Source of the DNA: Amoebidium appalachense
Lineage: Eukaryota > Protista > Ichthyosporea
Length of the DNA: 64,000 nt
Reading direction: 5' to 3'
Assembly: GCA_963693365.1 (NCBI GenBank)
Contig: CAVNZM010000014.1
Location: 1,922,001 to 1,986,000 of the forward strand
Both the position numbers and the translations under genes were made by a program. Below the pieces are notes generated by a model. The model made no database searches and was not told the origin of the DNA. It was given only the letters and a program-made list of their open reading frames with translations. Below are positions 1 through 11,926 of the stretch, piece after piece. Position 1 is the first letter of the stretch; each line of letters starts with the position of its first letter.

Positions 1-289
1 CCCACACAGATGAAGCTCACGTATGTCGGAAATAACCTTCTCGCGTACACACCCTATTCAATCGGGGTTCGATGGACATGCGGGCACTCGGGGCCGTAGC
101 TCCACCACACCCTCCTATTCCGTCTCTGTCCCATCACCTCTTCATTGCCCTTATTTATGGTTCTTGCTCTTTCTTTATTCCCCCATGGGCTTCCTTTCCC
201 TTCACCAACACCACTTGTTCACCTCTTTCCCTCAATTTTCATTCCATCTCCCTCCGTTTTCACTCCATTGACACTTAATTTTTTTTAAG

Positions 290-367
290 GTTGACCCCAA
301 GTTCCTGAAGAACATGCGCTTTGCCAAGAAGCACAACAAGAACACCTCCGCCGTCAAGGCTGAATAA
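290..367 (+). CDS. RPL29: 60S ribosomal protein L29 (eL29), last coding exon
   Basis: After the pyrimidine tract and TAAG acceptor (ends 289) the frame reads VDPKFLKNMRFAKKHNKNTSAVKAE*, matching the conserved eL29 motif (G)VDPKFLRNMRFAKKHN. No upstream exon was identified in the window. Confidence 0.92.
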   Translation, partial: VDPKFLKNMRFAKKHNKNTSAVKAE

Positions 368-721
368 GCACCCTGTTTGTCTTGGACAGAGGCCGCTGCC
401 CCAGCCCGCCGGGTGCACTGGCATGCCCCATGGGTCAGTAAATTCTTGACGCGCCGCACCTGCACGTGTGCATGTGTGTGCGCGAAAAGAGATTTTCACT
501 GTGTGCAAATTTATTTGCGTGTGAAGGCTTTCTCTTGAGTGTGGAGGGGGTGGGTGGGGCTGGTGGTTGTGTTTCTCATGTCAGGCTTTTGTGTGTGTGT
601 GTGTGTGTGGGAGGGGGAGGGGGGTTGTTTGTGTGTGTAGAACGACGGACAGGCTAGACCGGCAACTGCACCGTGTGGTTCTGCACACGTGCAGACACAG
701 TCTACCGACGTAATTCACATA

Positions 722-900
722 TCACACACCACACAGTATACACCACACAGTACATAGCACACACCACACAGTACATAGCACACACCACATCGTACACACC
801 ACACAGTACATAGCACACACCACATAGCACACACCACTCAAATCACACACCCCACATAGCACACACCACTCAATAATACACACACACACACATACCACAG
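722..900. repeat. Degenerate ~21-bp minisatellite (cacaccacacagtacatagca)
   Basis: Several imperfect tandem copies are visible directly. Confidence 0.75.
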
Positions 901-2138
901 GTGACACTCGACCTGACAACATCAATCATTTATATCACACCATTTAATAATAATATGCGCATGCGCACATGAACACGCGCGTATACATACACATGCACAT
1001 GCTCACGGGCACACACACAAACACATTCACACTTCATCCTACGACATGCACGGACCGTCCCCTCCCCAGGCAACGCATGTGCGGAGACTTCATCCGAGCG
1101 CATTCACGGAGCAATCCCTTCCCCAACACACACACGGACATGGTCGGGCACAGGCCAATCCCCCCCCACCCCTCCTGCCCCTTCCCCCCTTAAAACACAC
1201 ACACACATGCATGTGCGCGCACGCGCACACACACACACAAACACAAACGGCCCGGGTACCATATCAGGAGCGGGCAATTTTTGAATTCTCCCTCCCCGGC
1301 CCCGCCGGGGAAAATTTGAGGTTTTTGGACCTCAAAGAAGTCAAATCCTGCAAAATCCACTACCGGGAGGCCAAAAAGGGTGATTTTACAAAAAAGGAGG
1401 GACATACATGAAAAAGAGAAAATGGGCGAGTTCAGTGGGCTGCCGATAAGTATATCTCGTGCTGGGCCGGTATACATGCTGCCGTGGTTGTTGCTGTAGA
1501 CGGCAGTATGGCATCGCATGTGTCACGTGACCTGCACGTGAATGCGACCATGTGCAGGCACTGAGTCTAGGGGGATTTGTATGTGTGTTTTGGAGCACCG
1601 ACAAGGCAGAGCCAGGGTGAGGGATGTGTAAACATGGAGTTTAGGGAGATCGTGCTGCTATTGTAACATGTGCACAAAACAGCCACGTGCACCGGCACAC
1701 TCCGGTGTACAGAACAATAATATGCACATGCGTCACTGTAATATCATGTATGCGCATGCCGCACAAGGTTTAGGAGACCACCACAGTATATACTATTTTC
1801 TTTTGGTTGATATCCATGTAGGAATGGTGTGTTGCAGTTGTCATGATCAGCCTGAGGCAGGCACGTGCACTCACTGAATCACTAGAACTCATGAATAAAA
1901 AATACATTCGCTAAAAACGGCAAGGTAAATTTGGGGCCAAGCTATTATTTCCCCCTTTTAAACGTTTTTTTAGCTCCAAGAACTTCGACGCCAAAATTTC
2001 TATATTTGGCCATCGTATATGATAATGAACACGTGTACTTAAATTAAAGTAGTTATATAAATATGAGCGGCCCGTTACAAATACAGTGACGAAAAACAGT
2101 GACCCACGAGCAGTTTTTCTTTCTATCCCCCCCCCCCC

Positions 2139-2169
<31 letters not shown>

Positions 2170-3510
2170 ACACACACACCAGACACACACACCACCACCA
2201 CGGTGACCACCACCACCACCACCACCACCACTCACCCCTTAAAAAAACCACACACATACGTGCACGTGTACACACACACACAGAACACCACCACCACCTC
2301 CACTGGACCCCATTTCCTCGTTGTTTTCTTAAGCCTTCAGACCAGTCCTGCACACTGGAGTTAAACAATTGAATTCACCTAGGCTGACATGCATCCACCC
2401 CCGCCTTCCACTTCCCCTCCCCCCCCACCCCCCTCCCCCCACCCCCCCCACCCCCACCCCCTCCCCCTCGATGAAGAAGGGCCCCCGTAAGCCTTGGGGG
2501 GGGGGGGGAGGGGGGGGGGGGAGGGGGAAGGGGGGAGCTCTTGAGCCTCCGGGTAGGGAAGTGGGGTCCGGGGATCCGGAGAGGAGGGGGGGGGGGGGGG
2601 GGAAGGGGGGGGGGGGCATATAATATTGGGCCTAGATATCATAGTATGGGGCCCCGGGGGAGGGAGAGGTGGGGGGGGGGAGGGGGGAGGATCCACGGGA
2701 AAGACCTTTAGGTGCATGTTCTTATTTATACCCCCTTCGAATCATCCCCCTCTCCCCCCCCCCTCCCCCCCCCCCTGAGTGCAGGCCGTGACGTAGCTAC
2801 GATAACCCTGCAGAAGGCAACAAAAATGTATTAATTACTAGCACTATACATGTGTTCATAGTGCAGCTTGCACCACGTATGATCTCAGCAACTTTAAAGT
2901 AGTCACAAAGTTTAGTTATTTTCATTATTTTCATTGCTCTGAACTCTATTACTCTGAAAGATCACCGTGCATGTGCCGCAAGATAACAACCCTATATGTG
3001 TGCAGCTGCTGCCTGCAGGTTAGACTCGCTGAAAAGACAATTGTCAGTGTGCATCCGACGCTTGCAGCTGCAGCTAGCCTCTGCAACATTAATACTTGCC
3101 AAGTGAATGCTCTTACACTTGATCATCATTCACTCAAAAAACCGAGGACCGACAGATTAAATATTAATGTCGATCCGAATGATCAGCAAGTGTCTATGCG
3201 TACTACTATATATACACACACGTAAAATGCGAAGCTATCAGTTACAAGGCACACCTGCTGCACTGGCACACATACACATACACACCGGCAGATCGATGCT
3301 GTCAAAATTTACTTTCATGTACTTCGTAGGTCCGACACAGGTGCACATGAACACGTACATATGTACAAGCCGCGCACACACCACACCACACATACACACA
3401 CACACACACACACTCACACACACACACGCACACACGCACACACGCACACACGCACACACGCACGCACGCACGCACACACACACACACACACACACGCACG
3501 CACGCGCGCG

Positions 3511-3574
<64 letters not shown>

Positions 3575-3900
3575 GACACACACACACACACACACATCAC
3601 TGGGTGCGCTCGCTGGGGATTAGTTTTTTGGCACGCTGTTGACTTTATCGTGTGTTTATTATTTGCTATTTATTGGCCAGCGGCCAACATTTAAAAATAT
3701 ACTATATACCTAAAAATAGATACTGACTACGGCCAGCAGACATTATACACCTTCCAGGACACATTAACACCAATAGTCTAACACACCATACTCTCGATCA
3801 CAAAGAATTCCTAACAAACAGAGAAAAGTGCAAAGGCTCTGTACTATTACTCAGATTCTAAATTTTAATTCTTTACAGTAAACTTCGGAATGAAAGCTAG

Positions 3901-3936
<36 letters not shown>

Positions 3937-4022
3937 CCCCTAACATGACTGTACGAAGAACAGGTATAACTTGAAGCACTACAACACATATGAGATCCGT
4001 TACATTGGTGTACATTCCAATA

Positions 4023-5621
4023 TTAGACACTAGTTTGGCTACTCTGACTACTCTGAGATCCTGATTGGCTGCCTGCAGACTTGCGGCCACGATTACTTTG
4101 CTTTCGATCGTGCCATTGCAGCTGCGTCTCTCCAGCAGGTGGCAACGCCAGGCCCAGCACAGCAGATGCACGAGAAGGGGGTGGGAACTGCCCACCAGCC
4201 GAGGGCTGGCCCACATGGCCCAAGTAAGGATGGGGACCGTGCTGCGGCAGTAGCCCAGGCATGGGGAAGGCAGGGCCGGGCTGAGGCGGCATGATGCCCC
4301 ACGGTGGGGGCCAGCCATGTGGGTGGTGCGGGCCTGGATGGGGTGCAGGGGGCATGTGCGGCACATGGCCCTGCTGCATGTCAAGCGCGGGTGCTGGTGG
4401 CATGGCATCCTGATTGGCTGCAACCCAACGTGGGCAGCTCTTGGCCCGATTGGAGCCGGGGCAGCCCTTGCCCTGGCGGCCACACGTCTTGCAGGTCTTG
4501 GGGGCTCTCTGGGGTGGCTGCATAGGAGGGGGCACCGGCAAATCCATCTGCAGGGGCCCCTCAGGGCCAATGTTGCGATGCTTTTTGCCCACTAGCATGG
4601 GCAAGGGCCGCTCACGCTGCGCCCCTGCATCGACACCGTCTGGAACAGGGAGGGGTGGCAAGGGGGCAGGCCGTATGGTTGCTGGCACAGCGTCTGCCCT
4701 CTCCTCGCGCATACGCTTGCGGTGATCTGCCAGGCCCTCGTGTGTGGAGCGCTGTGCATGTGCCGTCTGCCAGGTCTTCCACTTGTCGAAATGCTTCTTG
4801 ATGTAGGCCGCATCCTTCATGTAGATTCCCCCAGCCACAGAGGCAGCCTTGTTGAAGTCTTGGGCCAAAGCCTCGAACAGCTGGCCGTTGGGCTTTGCAT
4901 GTGCCTTGTAGGTGCCCAGGAGCTGCGTGCTGAATAGCTTGCGCTCCTGAGGGGTAAGCACCGGAAGGAAGGGGATGGCCACATGTTGCTTCTGCGCCAG
5001 GAACTTGTAGTCGCCCCTCAGTGCAGGGTCCGGCTGTGGTGCACCACGCGCCACCTGGTTGCCCCCCCCCATGGCAGCACCGTCACCCTCCTCGACCTCA
5101 CAGTCCTCTGGCCCGCCCATCACGCCATTGGCTGCAGGCTCGATGTTATCAGACGGAGGTGGGGGTGCGGGCACCGCAACTGGCTCCTGCGCCGGGGCAT
5201 TGGCCACACAGGAGAGCGGGGCAAAGTTGAAGTACTCCTCCGGTAGCTTGTAGCAGCCTACGGGTACCCACTGGGGGTCGAGGTGATGGCCGTACAGCAT
5301 CAGCGCCAGTGCCTCCATGTCGTCAACAATCCAGGGGCTGTAGTGGGGGGGCCCCGATGCCTGGCCCAGGCGGTTGCGGTAGTGTGCACGCAGGTTGTGG
5401 CGGTGGCGCCTATTGGACATGGTGGCGTCCAGCAGGCGCAGCGACATGCGTGTGGCCCCAAAGTGGGTGGCCAGGGGGTTGTGCACTGCCCCCTCCACCT
5501 CGTTGGTGCCCCGGATGCAGCGGTAGCGCATGAGCCCATCTGCGTCGGCAGTGGTCTCGTAGTAGAGGGGCAGGCCGGGGGGGTCCGACAGACAGCCATT
5601 TTGGGCGTGTTCGAGCAGCGA
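4023..5621 (-). CDS. Transposase exon 6 (catalytic Glu, Cys knuckle, Pro-rich tail)
   Basis: cacag|TCG CTG CTC. Reads HAQNGCLSDPPG...YRCIRGTNEVEGAVH...KTCKTCGRQGKGCPG, 1599 nt to the stop. Confidence 0.82.
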   Translation of the reverse strand, partial: SLLEHAQNGCLSDPPGLPLYYETTADADGLMRYRCIRGTNEVEGAVHNPLATHFGATRMSLRLLDATMSNRRHRHNLRAHYRNRLGQASGPPHYSPWIVDDMEALALMLYGHHLDPQWVPVGCYKLPEEYFNFAPLSCVANAPAQEPVAVPAPPPPSDNIEPAANGVMGGPEDCEVEEGDGAAMGGGNQVARGAPQPDPALRGDYKFLAQKQHVAIPFLPVLTPQERKLFSTQLLGTYKAHAKPNGQLFEALAQDFNKAASVAGGIYMKDAAYIKKHFDKWKTWQTAHAQRSTHEGLADHRKRMREERADAVPATIRPAPLPPLPVPDGVDAGAQRERPLPMLVGKKHRNIGPEGPLQMDLPVPPPMQPPQRAPKTCKTCGRQGKGCPGSNRAKSCPRWVAANQDAMPPAPALDMQQGHVPHMPPAPHPGPHHPHGWPPPWGIMPPQPGPAFPMPGLLPQHGPHPYLGHVGQPSAGGQFPPPSRASAVLGLALPPAGETQLQWHDRKQSNRGRKSAGSQSGSQSSQSSQTSV

Positions 5622-5671
5622 CTGTGGGGGCACAAGCAAACATCAGAGAGATGGGTGGGTGGTGGTGGTGG

Positions 5672-5738
<67 letters not shown>

Positions 5739-5810
5739 TGGGGTTGCTAAGGAAAAAAACGAGCAGGGAAAGGCAAAAAACAACTGGCTAGGCAGCAAGG
5801 GCCGTGCGGG

Positions 5811-5886
<76 letters not shown>

Positions 5887-6044
5887 ATGTTTGGGGGGGG
5901 GGGGGGGGGGGGGGGGGGGGAGGCTAGGGTGTGCGTGTGTGTGCAGATGAACCAAGGATGACAAATAAGCGAAGAATCTTTTCTGTGGTGGTGGAGTTGT
6001 TGGGCGCCTGCAGGGGAGGGGGGGGGGGGGGGGGGGGATGTTGC

Positions 6045-6251
6045 CTCGAGTCTTTCAAAGCCATCCTTCTTGAACAGAGGCTTGCCATCCGGTCCGGGCG
6101 GCACATCCTTGTAGGTGTTTTTGAACTCCACCAGCCGCGAGACCAGCGTGTATGGGTCGGGAATAACCCGCCGGATGCGCTCCATGAAGTAGCTCAGGTC
6201 GCCGCCCTTGAGCTCGGTTTCAATGTCGATGCCCTTCTGCTCCAGCACCCC
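6045..6251 (-). CDS. Transposase exon 5
   Basis: cacag| ... GAG|gcaaca (GC donor), 207 nt, phase 0-0. Reads RIRRVIPDP...DGKPLF. Confidence 0.7.
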
Positions 6252-6472
6252 CTGTGAGGCAGGATGCCAATATTAATTTACTACGCACACTGCAATTTGG
6301 GTTTGGTAGACTTTGATACCTGCCGTTATTGTAGGACCCCTCCCCTCCACCCCCCCCATCTTCTCCCCCAACACAAGTAAAAAATGCATGTGGCTATTTC
6401 CCCCCACAACCCTACATTATTTCTCTCTAGGCATATGAATAACCCCCACTCTCCTCCCCCCTCCCCCCCCCC

Positions 6473-6510
<38 letters not shown>

Positions 6511-6717
6511 TGCCCCCCCTCTCTCTGAGGCTCAGGCTCTCTCTCTTCCCTCAGAAGTTTTGTCGAAGGTGTGCATGGTTGTGGGTGGAATGGTGAGTGT
6601 GTGCTAACGAGTGTATGTGTGTGTGCGCGTCAGTCACGCATGTTGTTGTTGCCGTTTTTTTTATTTTTATTTTTTATTTTTTATTTTGGGGGGGGGGGGG
6701 GGGAGGGGGGGGGGCAC

Positions 6718-7358
6718 CTTCACATGTCCGTAATCCTCTTCATTCCACACAAATATTGCCTCGCTGAGTGCGCGTGCGTACTCAGCCCTGCGGGGGTGTG
6801 ACTTGTACGTGCCGTCCGCCGTGTTTGCAATGGAGTGGAAGGCGTCATTCAGCACAGTCTGCCACACCACCTCCCCAGGCGGTGCCTGGCCCAACATGCC
6901 CTCTCTGGGAGCTGCCTCGGGTCCCCCTGGGGCTGCCTCAAGGCCCCCCGGGGCTGCCTGGGGGTCCTGGGGGGGTGCCTGTGGGCCGGCAAGGGGTTGC
7001 TGCTGCTCGGCAGGGGGAGGACTGGCAGGGGGAGGGGCTGGGTCAGGGACCACCGGCACCTCGGCACCTGGGTCCGGTGGGGGCTGAATGGGCCGTAGCC
7101 ACTGCAGGTGCACCATCAGCTCAAAGGGCGGCGGGCCCAGCTCTCCCAGGGTCTTGCCCTTGTCGGGGCCAAAGGGCACCTGCATGGCCGGCGACAGCAC
7201 CTGATCCACCCGCACCACTGCATGCTTCTTGCCCACCTTCATGCCCCCCCAGCGCTCCGGCTGCACAGCCAGCACCACCCCGGTGGCTGCTGCAGCATGT
7301 GGGCCCCGCCGGGGCACAATCTCAACCCCTTCACCGAGTGCCTTTGCATGAAGCCGCG
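6718..7358 (-). CDS. Transposase exon 4 (beta-rich segment, Pro-rich linker, DAFH motif)
   Basis: gcag| ... AAG|gtgccc. GC-rich open frame ending VLNDAFHSI...HPRRAEYARALSEAIFVWNEED. Confidence 0.75.
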
Positions 7359-7555
7359 CTGCATGTCATAGAGGGAAGCAAAAAACTCAGCCAAAAAGCC
7401 ACAGCACCAACGTTTTTCTCTTCGCTCCACAAAAATCAAATGCATATTCCTTAGCAACCCCCTTCCCCCCCCCCCCCCCCCCCCTTCTCCCTCCCCCCCC
7501 CCCCTCTCCCAGTGCCCAGCTTGTGTGGCACTTGCACGTGTTAACAGTGCTATAG

Positions 7556-7587
<32 letters not shown>

Positions 7588-7681
7588 ACCACCACCACCA
7601 CCACCACCAATCACCCCCTCCTTTGATAGCCACCCGACACCCAGCATAACACAACTGGAACACTGGCCCATGTGGTCAGCC

Positions 7682-7719
<38 letters not shown>

Positions 7720-7813
7720 CTCCCCCTCCCCCTCTCCTCTGGGGGGCCCACAATCTTTCTATATCTGGCATAAGCACATAAGCACTGGGGCAAAAAGCAG
7801 GTGGGATACACAC

Positions 7814-8644
7814 CTGACAGGTTTGGCCTATCGACCACGGCCGAGTAGACCTGCAGGGACGCATATGCATCAAGGGCAGCGTAGGTGGCCTGCACCTCTG
7901 ATAGCGGCTCGTGCCAGTTGGAGCATCGAACAAGTGCCGGCTTGGGCAGCTTCTTGCCTATGACCTGGGCAGTGATGTCGGCCAAGCCCCGGGCCGCAGA
8001 GGTGATAGCTGCACGGGCATAGCAGAACCGGCCCAGCTCCAGATAGCTGGCCACAGGGGTGCCGTAGTCCTTGTTGAGGTGGGCCGAGTCCGTGCCGATC
8101 TGCTTGCCCACCTTGATGATGCTGGGGTCCCTAAGCAGCGCAATCAGCTCGTCCACCAGCCGCGCGGGCGGGCTGTGGTTGGGGCCCATGCGTGCCAAGT
8201 GGAAGATGTACACGGCCCGTGCGGTGGCAATCTGCAGCGTGCAAACCTTGGACCGCGCCTGGCCCACCCGATAGACCCACTCGCAGTCCAGCCCCACCAC
8301 GCGGTGCTGCTGCCCCTCCAGGTCGGCACGAATGGCCGCTGTAGCCACCACCGCCCCCTGGCAGTCGGTGTACACCGGCTTAGGGTAGTTGGCCGGCAGC
8401 TCCAGCCCAGGCAGACCGTCCGTCACGCTTACCAGCGCAGCCTCGTTCAGACGGACGGGGCATTTTGGCCGGGCTAGGGTTGGAAACATGCGCTCAACAA
8501 ACGCCCGGTCTTGGCAGCACCGATCTGTGTAGAAGAAGGCCGGGCCCTTGCTGTTGAGCGCCGCCGTGGTGGCAGAGATGCGCTGGATCACGGGCTCAAT
8601 CTCCTGGTGGCTGCAGTCCCGTGTAAATACCTGCGCCCGGATCT
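7814..8644 (-). CDS. Transposase exon 3: second catalytic Asp plus complete WRN/EXD2-like DEDDy 3'-5' exonuclease domain
   Basis: 831 nt, phase 1-1. ExoI VGLDCEW, TLQIAT, ExoII IIKVGKQIGTD, GLADITAQVIGKKLPK, VRCSNW, ExoIII YAALDAY. Confidence 0.88.
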
Positions 8645-8724
8645 CTGGGGTGCCGCACTGTGTGAGAGGGCATCTCCGAGCGGCCATGCATGTTCTAGCT
8701 TCCCTTACCACATGGCCCTTCACG

Positions 8725-9035
8725 AGACTTCAGTGCCCACACAATCCTTTCCCCCTCCCTCCCCCCAAACCCATGTGCCCACATACTTTCCCCTCCCTCT
8801 CCCCCAAAACCCTTCCCCCTCCTTCCCCCCAAACCCATGTGCCCACATACTTTCCCCAGGCCTCCCTTTCCCCCAAAATCTTCCCCCCCCCCTCCCCCCT
8901 AAACCCATGTACCTACAATCCTTCCCCCTTCCTCCCCCTAAACCCTTGTGATCACAATCCTTTCCCCCTCTCTGCCTTCCCCCCAAACCCATGTGCCCAC
9001 GATCCTTCCCCACTCCCCCTCCCCCCAAACCATGG
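8725..9035. repeat. Intronic degenerate minisatellite (aaacccatgtgcccacatactttcccc) near the exon 3 acceptor
   Basis: About 6 imperfect copies separated by C-rich spacers. Confidence 0.7.
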
Positions 9036-9060
9036 GACAGCCCTCCATATGGCACCTACT

Positions 9061-9093
<33 letters not shown>

Positions 9094-9221
9094 ACCCCAC
9101 CCCGGGCCTCTTGCCCTCTCTACCTTCAACCCCGACGGTGGTGTCTCTCCCCCCCCCCCCCCCCCCCCCCTGCATCCCTTGCAATCACTGGCCCCTACTC
9201 CCATTCTGCTTGGCAGAAGCT

Positions 9222-9275
<54 letters not shown>

Positions 9276-9512
9276 ATTCCCCGCCAAAAGAAAGCTCCAC
9301 CCCAGCCCACCCCAATCTCTACCCAGCAAAAACACATACACACATATCTGGAGCTTCCTAGTTTTTGCTCGACAGGGCAAGAATTGTCCCCAAAACCCAC
9401 ATACTACAAACCTCTACTCACAGTGTGCCACCTCATTAAATGTGGAGCCTAAGAGATTTAAAGGCCCTAGAGGGGGGAGGGGGGGGAGGGGGGGGGGGAG
9501 GGGGGGGGGCGT

Positions 9513-9543
<31 letters not shown>

Positions 9544-9631
9544 TGGGGGTGTGTGGGGGGGGGGGGGGGGGAGGGGGGAGGGGGCCTGGGGGAGAGTGGG
9601 GGGAGGGGGGAGAAGAGGAGGGACCACACAC

Positions 9632-9820
9632 CGCCAAGCTCGTTTACACAAGTCCATAGGCCTCGGTACAGAGGCTCCCCATTGATGCCGGTGAGCTTCC
9701 CAATTTGGAAGGTGTGGTCGGCCTTGAGCACGTTGTTTACGGGCTTGAGCTGCGTGTCCAGGCTCTGGTACTTTGCCGTGCGGTCGCTGAACTCAGTATA
9801 CACGGCACTCAGGTATTTGC
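9632..9820 (-). CDS. Transposase exon 2 (first catalytic Asp, LKADHTF)
   Basis: ttcag| ... |gtgtgt, 189 nt, phase 1-1. Reads KYLSAVYTEF...VLKADHTFQIGKL...LWTCVNELG. Confidence 0.75.
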
Positions 9821-9977
9821 CTGAACCCCAAGTACTGTTAGAACTCCACCACCCTCCCATCAGGACCATCCCCCCCATTCCCTCTAGTCCCTCGTGTTCA
9901 TCTCACCTCTCTGTATTTTCGTAAGTCTGTATGGCTTTTCCCATCTCAAAAACGCTACACACCCATCTCCGGCCGTT

Positions 9978-10010
<33 letters not shown>

Positions 10011-10197
10011 CCCCCCCGCCTCCCGGCGCGCGCAAACCCTCCAAGTCATTGCACCAACTTTCACCTTCTTTCCCCTTTGTGCCCCATCTGCAGTTTGTCC
10101 CCTGCACGTCCGTTTGCCCTTCCCCCCACACCCTCCTGCCACTACTATAATAACCATTAAGTACCGCCACCAAGATCCAGTCTACCACCATGTGCCC

Positions 10198-10231
<34 letters not shown>

Positions 10232-10380
10232 CTCTCCACCTCCTTTCCCCCAACACACACAGACACACATGCGCACACCCACCATCTAATTTCAGGCATA
10301 ACAGTTCTCCACGATTTCCCAAGCACACTCACTGGTACATGGACCGTTATGCTTTCACCCCTCTGATGATCCCTCTGCCC

Positions 10381-10411
<31 letters not shown>

Positions 10412-10501
10412 ACCACCACCACCACCACCACCACCACCATGACTGATTGCCACCACCACCACCTAATCCATCACCATGTCCCCCCTCCCCCTCCCCCCCC
10501 C

Positions 10502-10532
<31 letters not shown>

Positions 10533-10775
10533 ACACGGACCCACAAGTACACGCACACTCACAGGCGCACATCCACCACCACACATCCACCACCACCATA
10601 ATAGAAACTTATTGACCACACTTCCAAAACCCATTTCCAAGTCCCCCCCCCCCCCTAAAAAAAAAATAAAAAATAATAAAACAAAACCCTACCAAGCCAA
10701 CCCAAAAAATGCCCAAGCACGTGCATACAAAACAATGGGGACCATTTACACACCCAAAATGCAGTGCACACTTGC

Positions 10776-11926
10776 CTGAAGGCACATGTCCAGCGTAACC
10801 ATTTTTGTCACCAAACGCCGAGAACTTAGCCGCCTGCTCCTCTGGGGGAAGTTCTGTCAGGCGCTGGTCGTGGGGGCGGAAATCGTTACGCTTTTTGAGT
10901 TCATACTTGGTCCAATGCAGCGCCCTCGAGTAATACAGGAGCCGCTGCTCGTCGTATCGCTGCTTGTGGAGCTCCGAGAGGAGGGTGGCAAAGGCGTTTG
11001 GGCCCACACCTTTGTCTGCCAGTGCACGCAACAATGTTACCACCTTTAGGTCGAGCCCACTGCGGTGGCTAAGGTAGGCCGGAAACTGATCACGCATGAA
11101 GAGTGGAAGGCGTTTAATTGTCTGGGGGTTTGTGCCGGCAAAGTTTTTTTTGCATGTGTCACAAAAGTACCGGGCCGTGATAATGTAGTAGCAGCTGTCA
11201 AAGTCGATAACACGCCGTCCTACGGGGTTGCTCATGAACCCATTGCGAGAAGTACGGTGTGGGTTGGGGTGGTTGTGGGGGTCCACGTAGTGATCATCGA
11301 AGGGGCACGGCACCATGAAACCGGGAGACAACCTTTCCGGAAGCCAGGCAAAACATCTGGGTTTGTAGAAAGGCGCTGGATCGCCCCCAAATTTAAAGCC
11401 TATAATGGGAGGTGGAAGATGCCACCCCACAGGCGTCTTCTCATCTTTGAGACTCTCTTTCACTGTGTGCAGGTGCGACTTGATTGTTTCGCCCGCCGCG
11501 TCAGAAAACTCCTCTCCACCGTCATCCCCGTCCGTATTATCTTCTCCCTCTTCCTCCCCTTCATCCTCGTCTACCCGGTACGCATCTGCTGCTGCATTTA
11601 GCAAAGGTTCCTCGTCGGGTTGCACCTGTATGTCTGGTGGGTGTGGAGCAGGGGCCCGATCCATTTCTCTTGGTAACGAATGGACGCTACCTGCCTCAAC
11701 TACACGGGCCCTTATGTCGGCGGCCTTAGATAGAGGGGGCTGTTCGGGTTGTACGTTTACGTTTAGTTCCTGCAAAACAGCTTTGTTTGCCGTCCCAAAA
11801 CCTGCAAAGTTCGCTAAAGGCTGAACAAATGCAGCATCTTTTTTTTTTGCGCCCAGCTCCCTCCCTAGCTCCGCCTGTTTTATGCCCAGGGCGCTGTGTT
11901 GTGCCCTTAGGGCAGCCTGGCTTCAT
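10776..11926 (-). CDS. Transposase exon 1 (AT-hook-like N-terminus, acidic linker, Cys-rich domain); one-base frameshift at the T10 run 11839-11848
   Basis: ATG at 11926 reads MKPGCPKG...GGAREGAGRKKK. With 9 instead of 10 A's it continues DAAFVQPLANFAGFGTANKAVLQELN into ORF 10609..11775. Ends at a GC donor, TCAG|gcaagt. Confidence 0.7.

Larger units (their letters stand above)
4023..11926 (-). mobile_element. Spliced DDE transposase-like gene (Mutator/IS256/ISL3-like signature) with embedded DEDDy 3'-5' exonuclease; ~1538 aa if one frameshift is corrected
   Basis: Six phase-compatible exons: 11926-10776, 9820-9632, 8644-7814, 7358-6718, 6251-6045, 5621-4023. Motifs in order: N-terminal GGAREGAGRKKK; Cys-rich region (VPCPF...RRVIDFDSCYYIITARYFCDTC...FPAYLSHRSGLD, recalled as DUF6729-like); LKADHTF (D1); YTDRCC..FVERMFP (D2); exonuclease; LNDAFH (DxxH); RCIRGTNEVEGAVH (catalytic E, TNxxExxH); C-terminal CKTC-x6-C-x8-C. 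No terminal inverted repeats were found. Confidence 0.75.

Noticed and set aside
1248-1470. Possible MITE or left terminus of the transposon (ggcccgggtac...gtgctgggcc)
   Set aside because: The inverted match is short and imperfect, and no counterpart was found beyond 12 kb.
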